Assembly: GCA_012295275.1 (NCBI GenBank)
Contig: CM022672.1
Coordinates: 14,756,001-14,820,000 of the forward strand
Reading direction: 5' to 3'
Length of the DNA: 64,000 nucleotides
Source of the DNA: Chrysomallon squamiferum
Lineage: Eukaryota; Animalia; Mollusca
A model generated the notes under the pieces. That model was not told where the DNA came from, ran no database searches, and saw only the letters and a list, made by a program, of their open reading frames with translations. How positions within the stretch are numbered: position 1 is the stretch's first letter; every line of letters starts with the position of its first letter. Shown piece by piece: positions 27,101 through 37,205 of this stretch. Position numbers and translations under genes: made by a program.

Positions 27101-30100
27101 ATGAATGCACACATTATATGTATGTATGTATGTATGCTTGTATGCACATGTATTTATACTTATTTGTATATTAATTGATAAAGATATCTTTCTACAGCAA
27201 ATGAAACAAAACATTTCTACTGACATAATCAATCATAAAACTTTATTTTAAACATTCCAGTGAACGAACTGCAGAAAGACTTGGAGAATCAGTCGAGTGA
27301 AGAGAGCGACACGACAGAGTCAGACACTGGCACAGACAGTGAGGATTCCAGCGGGAAGCCAACAACAACATCGATGACACCGCTACGTCGCCACCATTCT
27401 CACAAACCAAAGCCGCTGCTGCGCAAGCCATCTACAAAGATGGAGCAGCGGAAGCCATCGTTCTGGTCGACGATGTTGGAGAAGGTGTTTGACAGCCACT
27501 CGCTGCTGCAGACAATCGAGGGCCGCGCCGCCGTTGTACACAACTTCATGCGTGGCCTCTCCCTCTCCAACTGCTACCCCTTCTGTCCATTCCAAGACAC
27601 CAAGCCAGACGGTAAATACACAGAGTAACTGTAGTGGTACTGTTAACAAATATTAACAAGTATTTACCAATACCAGGTCTAGCCTGTACATTTCTGTTCC
27701 AAAACACCAAGCCAGACGGTAAATACACAGAGTAACTGCAGTAGTAACAAATATCAACAAGTATTTACCAATACCAGGTCTAGCCTGTACATTTCTATTC
27801 CAAAACACCAAGCCAGACGGTAAATACACAGAGTAACTGCAGTAGTAACAAATATCAACAAGTATTTACCAATACCAGGTCTAGCCTGTACATTTCTATT
27901 CCAAAACACCAAGCCAGACGGTAAATACACAGAGTAACTGTAGTGGTACTGTTAACAAATATTAACAAGTATTTACCAATACCAGGTCTAGCCTGTACAT
28001 TTCTGTTCCAAAACACCAAGCCAGACGGTAAATACACAGAGTAACTGCAGTAGTAACAAATATCAACAAGTATTTACCAATACCAGGTCTAGCCTGTACA
28101 TTTCTATTCCAAAACACCAAGCCAGACGGTAAATATACAGAGTAACTGCAGTAGTAACAAATATTAACAAGTATTTACCAATACCAGGTCTAGCCTGTAC
28201 ATTTCTGTTCCAAAACACCAAGCCAGACGGTAAATACACAGAGTAACTGCTGTAACAAATATCAACAAGTATTTTACCAGGTCTAGCCTGTACATTTCTA
28301 TTCCAAAACACCAAGCCAGACGGTAAATACACAGAGTAACTGTAGTGGTACTGTTAACAAATATTAACAAGTATTTACCAATACCAGGTCTAGCCTGTAC
28401 ATTTCTGTTCCAAAACACCAAGCCAGACGGTAAATACACAGAGTAACTGCAGTAGTAAAAATATCAATCAACAAGTATTTACCAATACCAGGTCTAGCCT
28501 GTACATTTCTATTCCAAAACACCAAGCCAGACGGTAAATACACAGAGTAACTGTAGTGGTACTGTTAACAAATATTAACAAGTATTTACCAATACCAGGT
28601 CTAGCCTGTACATTTCTGTTCCAAAACACCAAGCCAGACGGTAAATACACAGAGTAACTGCAGTAGTAACAAATATCAACAAGTATTTACCAATACCAGG
28701 TCTAGCCTGTACATTTCTATTCCAAAACACCAAGCCAGACGGTAAATACACAGAGTAACTGCAGTAGTAACAAATATCAACAAGTATTTACCAATACCAG
28801 GTCTAGCCTGTACATTTCTATTCCAAAACACCAAGCCAGACGGTAAATACACAGAGTAATTGTAGTAGTACTGTTAACAAATATCAACAAGTATTTACCA
28901 ATACCAGGTCTAACCTGTACATTTCTGTTCCAAAACACCAAGCCAGATGGAAAATACACAGATTAGTTATAATAGTTTAATTAACAAATATCCAGGTATT
29001 TAACGATACCAAGTCTATCTTGTATTTTTCCATTACAAGAGAGCAAAGTGGATTGTAAATACACAGATTAATTATAATAGTATTATTAACAAACACCCAA
29101 GTTGTTACTCATACCGTATTTAGCTTGTACCTCTAAACATAAATTCAAGTGTATTCTGTATAATTATAATATTAATCTTGAGAAAAATCCAAATATTCAT
29201 CTAATATCATACCTAGCTACTATTTTTCCCTTTCAAACCTGGCAAATATGCAGATTAAGTGTAATAGTATTAACAAAATCTTTAATGTCTTGTTAATATA
29301 ACATTATAGCTGAGAAATATCTACGTATTTAACTGATGCTATATCTATCTTGTACTCTCCACTCCAAAATACCAAAGCAGATCATAAATACACAGGTTAA
29401 GTATAGTATAAAATGCTGACAAAATCTTAATAATGACATTACAGTTTGAGAAATATCCAGTATCTGATACCATATACACTTTGTACTTTTCTATTCCAAG
29501 ACCTCAAAACAGATGGTAAACTCAGATTAACTATAATAACAGCATTAATATAAAACAAAGTGTAATCTGTAATTTCTTATTGATGTGACATTACAGTCTG
29601 TGAAATATCCAAGTATTTAACTGATATCATATCTTCCTTGTAGTTCATGGCTTCTTTAACTATAATAGTATTGACATACGCTAAAGTATAATCAACAATG
29701 TCGTTTTAATATAAAATACAGTCTGAAAAATAGCCAAGCATTTAACTGATACCATATCTTCCTTGCAGTTCATGACCTGAAAAAGCATAAAAGTTTTCTT
29801 GTTTGATTATTACCTAAGAGTCATAGTGCATTTTGTGTAACTTCTGCTGTCATATGTCACTCAATAAGTATCAGAAGAAAAAAAAAATTAAATATAAAAA
29901 ATTATGTTAAAAGTAGATATGTGATTTCTTTGGCTTGTTATTTACATCATTCTTTATTATTAGCAAAGACTGAGTGTGCAGACTGTTTTTATTCAGATTT
30001 ATTTAGATTTATTTTCACAATCTCATTTATTTAAAACAATCAATTATAAATGTTAAAATTGGTTTTCCTTCCTGAAACTTAACTATTAATGCTCTTAATT

Positions 30101-32708
30101 TCAGACCAGTTTGATGGTATTTTCGAGATGTATCCAACCAATATAAAAAAGCTGTATGTGGTGGATGGTGGTCTGACATTCAATTCACCATACCCACCCA
30201 TGTTGAGACCACAAAGAAGTGTAGACTTGCTTCTGTCGTTTGACTTCAGCGCAAGACCAAGTGACACAACCCCACCATTTAAAGTATGAATCTTTATCTC
30301 ATCTAGTTTACAAAACTTTACATATTTACAAAATTAAAATTAGGTTATACATTTTAGTCTATTTAGAGTATATTACATAGATAAAAAAAATTAAATTAAA
30401 AAGCTATACACTGTTATATTGTTATAAATATATATGTATCTTTTTGTATTAAATTGTATTATTCATTTTAAAAATTAAAACTTTGTTACACATACTTTGT
30501 TACACATCTTTGAAATTAAAACTTTGTATTTTTATTTCATTCGAACTACATTTTAAAGTTTTATTGTATTTAAAATGTGAAGATTAAGATATAATAAATG
30601 AAGTTTGATTATACTATTAATTTAAGTGGATATATATATATATATATATTTAAATACTTAATTGTTTTATCAACCTTAATGAGAACTAAAACGTAATATA
30701 ATTTCATTAAAAAAATAAATATCAGTTCACAATAAGGAAAAAGGAAAAAGCAAGTAATATGAAATGGGTATTGAGACATTCGAAAAATTAAAATGTTTTT
30801 TCTTAAATCTCAAAACATTCTCATGTTGAAACTATATATAAAGATATAAATATATAACGTCATTATAATATAAGCATGCACTCATTAACACAAATTCATT
30901 AACACACGTACTATCTTACTCTTCTGCAACAGGAACTCCTTCTTGCTGAGAAATGGGCTCGCCTGAACAAAGTCCCCTTCCCTCCGATAGACGCCTCAGT
31001 GATAAACAGGGAGGGGCTGAAAGAGTGCTACGTCTTCCAGGATCCAAGAGACCCTCACTGTCCAATCGTCATGCATTTCTGTCTCGTCAACATCACCTTC
31101 CGACAGGAGAAATATCCAGGTATGTGTACCTAACTGATTTAGTAGTGTCTACCTTACACCCCAAACTCAGGTTCATAAAACCTTCCAAAAAGATCAAGCT
31201 CTGTTTAAACAGTGATTATGCAGCAACTGATGTAGCAGTTTTTGTTACGAAGCTTGGTTAATTGTAAACATTTTGTAAAATACTGTTCATACATACAACA
31301 GTGTAATCATTACTATTGTTCAAAACATTTGACAAAATAAACTTAAAAGGTATTTAATATCTGGGGGTGGATTGCCAGATTTTTGTGGCATCATCAAAGG
31401 GAAGATAAAAAGTTTGGCAACACCTGCTTCAGATCATGAGTGATAAAAATTATTTAATAAAGAATTATTTTGTATTTAATATCAAATTGTTATTCTTTCA
31501 ACAAATGGTACAAATATAAATAATGAAATTAACTGAAATACACATATCAACAGTGTTTCTCAAATGATCATATATATATAATAATTTCTTATTGTTTTAT
31601 ATAAGAAAAAATATGCAATAATAATAATAATGATTCATCTGTGTATAAGAACATGAAGAGCTAACTGTGTGTGGCAAAGCTACTGCTCTGTTACAGTGTT
31701 TTATTAGCTTATAATTCCTGTCGTGATAGTCTACACATGTAACTGTCAAAGTAACAGCAGTAAGGATATAATTACATTCTTCCAGCCATAAACCTGACAG
31801 TTATGTTTGAAACATTATTGTTTAAGTGAACTTGTTTTTTTTTGTTTTTTGTTGCTGTCAGGGTTTTTTTGTTGGTTTTTTTGGTTTTTTTCTTTGTTTG
31901 TTTTCTTTCTGGTTTTTTGTTGGTTTCTTTGATGTTTTTGTTTACTATTATTATGATTATGATTATTGTTACTGTTGTTTTTGTTGTTGCTTATGCTGTA
32001 AAATGACTGATTTCAGATTTTTTGATTTACACTACTATCTCATTAAATACACTTGAAATGTAGAATCAATAACTTTTACTTACATTTATTTACAAATAAA
32101 ACAGATAATATTATTTAATTTTTTGACACATCGCTTCATTTTTATTTTATCATTTTACACACCAGCCTTTATTAACAATAAAGTATAAAAATTAATACCT
32201 TAAATTTATATCTAAGAATCTTTCATTATATAAAAATTATTACTTTTTAAAAAATACTTTTCATTTTATCATATTAACAGCCTTTAACAACAATAAAGTA
32301 TAAACATTTTTAACCATTTTTTTTTTTTTTTTTTTCTTAATCCCTGAAGGAGTCAAACGAGAAACGGAAGAAGAAAAAGAGTTTGCCGACTTCGACATCT
32401 TCGACGACCCCGAGAGACCATACTCCACCTTCAACTTCAAGTACACAAACAGGGCCTTCGAGCGGCTCTCGTCGCTGATGGAGTTCAACACGCTGATGCA
32501 CAAGGACCTCATCCTGAAGAAGATCAAGGAGTGCATCAGGGTGCGGCGACGCCATAGCGTGCGCAGGCCGTTCAAGATGAAGGACATCAACCGCATCAGC
32601 CAGAAGATCAAACACAAGGAGGATGAACAGAGGCTCGCTGAGTACCTGAGGTCCCTGGACGTGGAGGAGCAGTCGCAGGAATGTGAAATAGAATCGCACA
32701 GACTGTAG
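18539..32708 (+). CDS. PLA2G4A: Cytosolic phospholipase A2 (group IVA, cPLA2-alpha-like), spliced CDS of 14 exons; 768 codons plus stop; N-terminal start exon not resolved
   Basis: join(18539-18620,19196-19342,20124-20239,20668-20705,21164-21296,22141-22277,23301-23523,23905-24019,25310-25447,26136-26237,27261-27611,30105-30283,30933-31119,32350-32708). All junctions are GT-AG with compatible phases, and the sum of 2307 nt is divisible by 3. The translation is collinear with human cPLA2-alpha as I recall it: [78 protein letters not shown]. Confidence 0.96.
18920..19050 (-). mobile_element. Reverse-strand fragment of the same interspersed repeat
   Basis: aggaaacctgctgtcacca...agttagtggcaggagacctttcatgagcaccttctcataaacag resembles the reverse complement of the core. 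Confidence 0.5.
19196..19342 (+). CDS. PLA2G4A: cPLA2 exon, C2 domain (LDTPDPYLTLL...[20 protein letters not shown])
   Basis: tttccag| and |gtgagt; 147 nt; canonical C2 motifs DPY and NPVWNETF. Confidence 0.96.
20124..20239 (+). CDS. PLA2G4A: cPLA2 exon, C2 domain ([15 protein letters not shown]...KFNE)
   Basis: ttttag| and |gtaggt; 116 nt; Ca2+-binding loop DANY. Confidence 0.95.
20668..20705 (+). CDS. PLA2G4A: cPLA2 small exon, end of C2 domain (TSEVDIELSATV)
   Basis: ttttacag| and |gtaagt; 38 nt; needed to bridge phase 0 to phase 2. Confidence 0.88.
21164..21296 (+). CDS. PLA2G4A: cPLA2 exon, linker (NNPQLRYSLALCDEEKCF...RTMRE)
   Basis: ctttttaag| and |gtcagt; 133 nt; matches LRFSMALCDQEK. 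Confidence 0.93.
22141..22277 (+). CDS. PLA2G4A: cPLA2 exon with oxyanion GGGFRA motif and catalytic Ser (GLSGS; TCT at 22264-22266)
   Basis: ggcag| and |gtaatt; 137 nt; [16 protein letters not shown]...YIAGLSGSAW. Confidence 0.97.
22325..22560 (+). mobile_element. Degenerate SINE-like interspersed repeat copy
   Basis: Core gtggtgtgtattgtcctgtctgtgggatggtgtatgaaaaagatatcttcctgctaat. Related text occurs at ~25735-25840 and ~50025-50110 (+) and ~12225-12310 and ~18955-19045 (-). The SINE assignment is an inference. Confidence 0.6.
23301..23523 (+). CDS. PLA2G4A: cPLA2 exon (YISQLYSHPDWP...GQPVSFTDLFGHLVGETILKG)
   Basis: ctctgcag| and |gtaaga; 223 nt. Confidence 0.96.
23507..23687 (+). repeat. 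Degenerate ~53-bp tandem repeat (about 3.5 copies) starting in the exon end and spanning the donor at 23524
   Basis: atccttaaaggggtaag / atccttaaaaggatgag / atgtttaaagggataag / gtccttaaaggagtaag, each of the first three followed by aaaattg. Confidence 0.75.
23905..24019 (+). CDS. PLA2G4A: cPLA2 exon (RMECKLS...PMPIYTCLHVKKHVSAMIFH)
   Basis: tttcaccag| and |gtaagt; 115 nt; matches PLPLFTCLHVK. Confidence 0.95.
25310..25447 (+). CDS. PLA2G4A: cPLA2 exon ([31 protein letters not shown]...LHFLQ)
   Basis: atttcag| and |gtaaat; 138 nt. Confidence 0.96.
25810..25985. repeat. Inverted repeat with ~50-bp arms (25810-25860 and 25936-25985) and ~75-bp AT-rich spacer
   Basis: ccagggacttgtggcagtaggtttcaaatctccacttttt versus the reverse complement of the right arm, ccaggaacttgaggcagtaggtttcagatctccagttttt. 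Confidence 0.88.
26136..26237 (+). CDS. PLA2G4A: cPLA2 exon (GIWGSAFCIQFKHLL...EREEL)
   Basis: tttttcaag| and |gtgagt; 102 nt; WGSAF motif. Confidence 0.94.
27261..27611 (+). CDS. PLA2G4A: cPLA2 exon with acidic Ser/Thr-rich loop through EGRAAVVHNFMRGL and YPFCPFQDTKPD
   Basis: ttccag| and |gtaaat; 351 nt, phase 1 to 1; matches EGRAGKVHNFMLGL. Confidence 0.94.
27590..28960 (+). repeat. Tandem minisatellite, 13 units of 93-107 bp, starting inside the exon end and copying its splice donor
   Basis: ccaagccagacg|gtaaat recurs with GT at 27612, 27719, 27820, 27921, 28028, 28129, 28230, 28323, 28430, 28534, 28641, 28742 and 28843, plus a degenerate copy at 28950. Spacings are 107,101,101,107,101,101,93,107,104,107,101,101,107. 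Confidence 0.97.
28960..29780 (+). repeat. Degenerate older copies of the same repeat family
   Basis: Decayed matches such as gtaaatacacagatta (~29055), ccaaaataccaaagcagatcataaatacacagg (~29365) and ctattccaagacctcaaaacagatggtaaa (~29490). Confidence 0.75.
30105..30283 (+). CDS. PLA2G4A: cPLA2 exon with catalytic Asp ([9 protein letters not shown]; GAT at 30164-30166)
   Basis: atttcag| and |gtatga; 179 nt; [21 protein letters not shown]. Confidence 0.97.
30933..31119 (+). CDS. PLA2G4A: cPLA2 exon (ELLLAEKWARLNKVPFPPID...CPIVMHFCLVNITFRQEKYP)
   Basis: ctgcaacag| and |gtatgt; 187 nt. The ORF track shows a different frame here; the true frame is fixed by ELLLAEKWA. Confidence 0.96.
32350..32708 (+). 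CDS. PLA2G4A: cPLA2 last coding exon ([30 protein letters not shown]...ESHRL*)
   Basis: polyT tract then ccctgaag|; 359 nt ending at TAG 32706-32708. Confidence 0.96.
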
Positions 32709-33080
32709 TCTGACGTTTGTCAGATTAAAACAAAATATATATGTAAATGATTTAAATGAACGGTAGTGGTTGTTATGTGTGATGATAGTCTGTGATGACA
32801 GGTGTGTGTGTGTGTGTGGGTGGGGGGTGAAGTGGCAGGTGGCTGAAGCTGAACGGCATAAGTAATATTATCCAATGTGGTGTTGTGGCTGTGTAAATAA
32901 TATGATTGACTATAGAGATTAGTGTGTGTGATGTGATGAAATGGGATGACATGGTGAACTGGTATGAGTGTGAAATTGAACAGTATAAATTACAGTAGCC
33001 AATGTGGCTGTATAATAATATGAATAACTATTAGGATTAGTGTGATAATAAATGGGGATGATAATAAATGGGGATGACGT

Positions 33081-33179
33081 ACATACATACATACATACAT
33101 ACATACATACATACATACATACATACATACATACATACATACATACATACATACATACATACATACATACATACATACA

Positions 33180-33211
<32 letters not shown>

Positions 33212-33446
33212 CATACATACATACATACTTACATAATACACATACATACATACATACATACATATACATACATACATACATATATACATATATACATACA
33301 TACATACATACATACATACATACATACATACATACATACATACATACATACATACATACATACATACATACATACATACATACATACATACATACATACA
33401 CACACACACATACATACACACACACATACATACATACATACATACA

Positions 33447-33478
<32 letters not shown>

Positions 33479-33685
33479 CATACATACATACATACATATA
33501 CATACATACATACATACATACATACATACATACATACATACATACATACATACATACATACATACATACATACATACATACATACATACATACATACATA
33601 CATACATTCATACATACATATATACATACATACATACACACATACATACATACATATACACACACACATACATACATACACACAC

Positions 33686-33716
<31 letters not shown>

Positions 33717-33772
33717 TACATACATACATACATCATACATACATTCATACATACATACATACATACATACAT
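33081..33772. repeat. ~690-bp (CATA)n/(CA)n compound microsatellite downstream of the cPLA2 stop
   Basis: Seen directly; source of the MYVC/HTYI artefact ORFs. Confidence 0.98.
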
Positions 33773-34319
33773 AATGAATTGCTATGAGGGTGAAGCCACA
33801 CAGTATAAATTATAATAGCAGTGTGTCTGTTAAGATTTTTGTGTGTGTGTGATAATAAACAGAGATAAATGGGTGAGACTGAATAAATTGTAGAATCCAA
33901 TATGAAGTGACAGAGAACAATATATAATATCATAAATAACTAAACGAATTAACATGAGGGATGAAAGTGTAAGCTGGTATTAGAGTTGATATCAATAAAT
34001 TTCAGGGGCCAGACTATTATAATTTAAATAACTACAAGGAATATGCCATAAAAACAACACAAAAAACAGCTGTATAACTGTAATGTCTACAGAACAGAAC
34101 TTTATTACATTTGGGTTATTACTCAACAGCAGTGAGGATGATTTACAGTACACTGAACATAATAAAATAGAAAGTGTGGTCAAGTATGAGTGTGGGTATG
34201 AAGAGTGTAAAAAGTGTGGTTTGCTTGGAATGTGACAATGGAAGCAGTTATAAATTGTTTGGTTAATGTGAACTGGTAGCCTGAGTGCGACAATGTTCAG
34301 TGAAAACAGCATCAAGAAT

Positions 34320-34800
34320 ATTGAGTCTGAAAACAAACAGAATAAACTATGAAATGAGTTTAATACTGTACTGCGTTAAAATCGGTGGTTAATGTGAGTG
34401 TGAAAATGAATAGTACATACAGTATGAGGTAGAATAAGTCTGAAAAGAAGGAGCATAATCTATAAAAGTTTAAAGTGAAAAAATAACAGTTAATGGGACT
34501 ATGACAATAAATAGCTCAAACAAGTGTGATCTACAGTGAGTCTGAAAATAAACAGCATAACCATAGGAGTGAGTATGATACATACTGCCCAAAAATAGTG
34601 GTTAATGAGAGTATGAAAATTAATACTACACACAGTATGATGTAGAGCAAGTGTGAAAATTAATAGCATATGAAATGAGTTTAATATTGTACTGCATAAA
34701 AATAACAGTTAATGAGTGTATGAAAATGAATAGTACAAACAGTAGAATAAGTCTGAACATTAAAAACATAAACTATGAAATGAGTTTAATATACATTCAG
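34320..34800. repeat. Degenerate tandem repeat in the 3' flank or UTR
   Basis: tatgaaatgagtttaata recurs near 34348, 34669 and 34774; gttaatg.g.gt.tgaaaat.aata.tac recurs three times. Confidence 0.7.
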
Positions 34801-36605
34801 GAAAACCAGTATCATCTAGAGTCTGTCTGATACTGAAGTGAGTTAATGTGAGTCTGGTAAATGAACAGAGTAAACTGGAGGCTTTGTGTGAGAGTGATAA
34901 TAAATGATGTAAACTGCAGGCATTAATAAGAGTGAAATAAAATAAAAAAATATAAAAAATCTGTTTAAACAACAAAGGCTAGGAAGAAAAGAGTAAACAT
35001 TTTTGACAGTTTGTGTGAGTGAGCCCAGAATACAGATAATAATTCCCTCTAAAAACAGTTTTGTTTGGTAAACTTTTAAACAGAACACTTATTATTATTA
35101 TTATTATTATCATTATCATCATCGTCATCATGTACACCATCAAAACTTTGGCACTATTGTCTTTTAAATGCTCCTGGGCTAATCCAGTTTACAGCATTGA
35201 CAATGTTGATTTTAAAAGAGTAAATATATTCTTGATTCGCCTTGATGAATTTTTATAATATTTACAACTGTGTGGAAGTTGTAAAATTAAATTTTATATT
35301 TATAGCTCAATAAATTATTTTCTATTCACAACAATTTTGCATTATTTGTTCTTCGTATTACAAGATAATGATAATTTGAACAATAGCTTAAATGTTTTTA
35401 AACAATACCATTTGGTTGTTCTATTCTATTTATTTCTTTATTGCAACAGCCTTTAATAGTTATAAAGTCTAAGATGATACAAGTAGACAGTCATCTATTT
35501 TGTTTTCATTTTTGTCATGACATCATTTCTCACATAAGGATTTTAAAATTCCATAGGATAAAAACAATTCACTTAAACTCCCACCCCAAAAAAATCAGCC
35601 AAAATATACAAAAATCTTTCATTCTGAAACCCATATCAGCCTATTAAAGTATTGTTATATTTCATTATTGTTAAAGATTTTGAGTATAGTAACAAAATTA
35701 ACCAAATAACCTGGAAATATATAAAACAAATTTTAGGCTCTGTTCATACCAACAGAGATTTTGTGTAACTGTACATAATAAGAAAAATGTAAGTGTAAGG
35801 AATAAAGAAACAAATGAAAAGGAAAAAACAATCATTTATTAAAGCAGGTCAGATTTCTTTAAAAATTAAATCATATACTGTTTTCATTTACAGTTTTGTC
35901 AGTTTTCAAATAAAAATTAACAAACAAAAATAATAATAATAATAATAAATAAAATAATAATAAAATAAAATAAAATAAAATAAAATAAAATCTTTTATTC
36001 TCTGTTCACTTTATTTATAAAAGATTAAAATATACCATAAATTTTCTAAAGAAATGTTAAACAAAGACTAAAGAATAGCATATCACATGTAGATGCACAG
36101 AATGTCATATGTAGATAATAAGTATATCGCATGCAGATTCACATAGTATACCACATGTAGAAACACTGTATGGCTCAGTCAGATACACAGCGTATCACAC
36201 ACAAATGTACAGTATGGCGTTCTATTTTATTTTATTTTCATTATTTTTTAAATTTTATTTAATTATTAATTTTATTTTTAAGTTGACTATATTTCTTTCA
36301 GCTTTCTTTTCTTCCTTATAATTAAACCTATAATGGGTTTATATTATATTATTATTTATATATGTATGCTTTTTCAATAATTTCAGTTTCTCTAACAAAT
36401 ATTAATGTCAGTCATCATTAATCAGTGTGGTTATTATGGTAATAAATATTGACAGAGAAGACTATAATCTTCTTAAATTACATGATAAGTTTTATTTCAT
36501 ACCAGTTCATGCTCGTTAAAGATAAACCGTCTTTCAGTTATTGAAATATATATTTTTTTAAAATACAATGTCCTTTTCTTTTTTCTTCTTTTTTTTTTAA
36601 AATCA

Positions 36606-36643
<38 letters not shown>

Positions 36644-37071
36644 CAGAAGTAACTATAATTACGTCCTTGAATGTCATTCGCATTGCCTTTTTTTTTTTTT
36701 TTTTTTCAATCGCAGTGAAATTAAAATTAAATTAAAAGAAAAGAAAAAAGAATCAAAGTAACGCCATAGGTACTTCAACAAAGAAAATTATATTAACAAT
36801 TTTTATGTCGCTTGTCACTGACTTGCACTTGCAAAAAAAAAAGGGGGGGGGGAATTGAAATAAAAACAACAAAGCAATTATAACAAAATGAACGGAAATT
36901 ACTTTTTCCTTTTCTCTGAAGACAGATATAAATAAAGAAGAAGAAAAGTTAAATAATAAAAACTGTCTTACCAAAACTATACAGTAAGTATTTGTCGCGC
37001 CAGCTCTGTTCCTTTTAAACTTCACGTCTGCGTTTTCGCAAACCACGGGAGACAATTCTGTCGGACTGTCA

Positions 37072-37108
<37 letters not shown>

Positions 37109-37153
37109 TAATTAATTATTTTATTTACTTTATATATTTTTCAGAATTGTCAC

Positions 37154-37205
<52 letters not shown>

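Noticed and set aside
27590-28960. CRISPR-like array, or the repeated minus-strand ORFs (MYLPSGLVFWNRNVQARPG)
   Set aside because: Whole units are near-identical with no unique spacers, there are no cas genes, and the context is a eukaryotic intron. The minus-strand ORFs are antisense readings of the repeat.
30953-31261. 102-aa ORF MGSPEQSPLPS...
   Set aside because: An alternative frame overlapping the true cPLA2 exon 30933-31119.
32261-32699. Minus-strand ORFs of 118 and 120 aa
   Set aside because: Antisense shadows of the GC-rich last cPLA2 exon.
32919-33787. Long ORFs of 166-281 aa (MYVC/HTYI repeats)
   Set aside because: Translations of the (CATA)n microsatellite.
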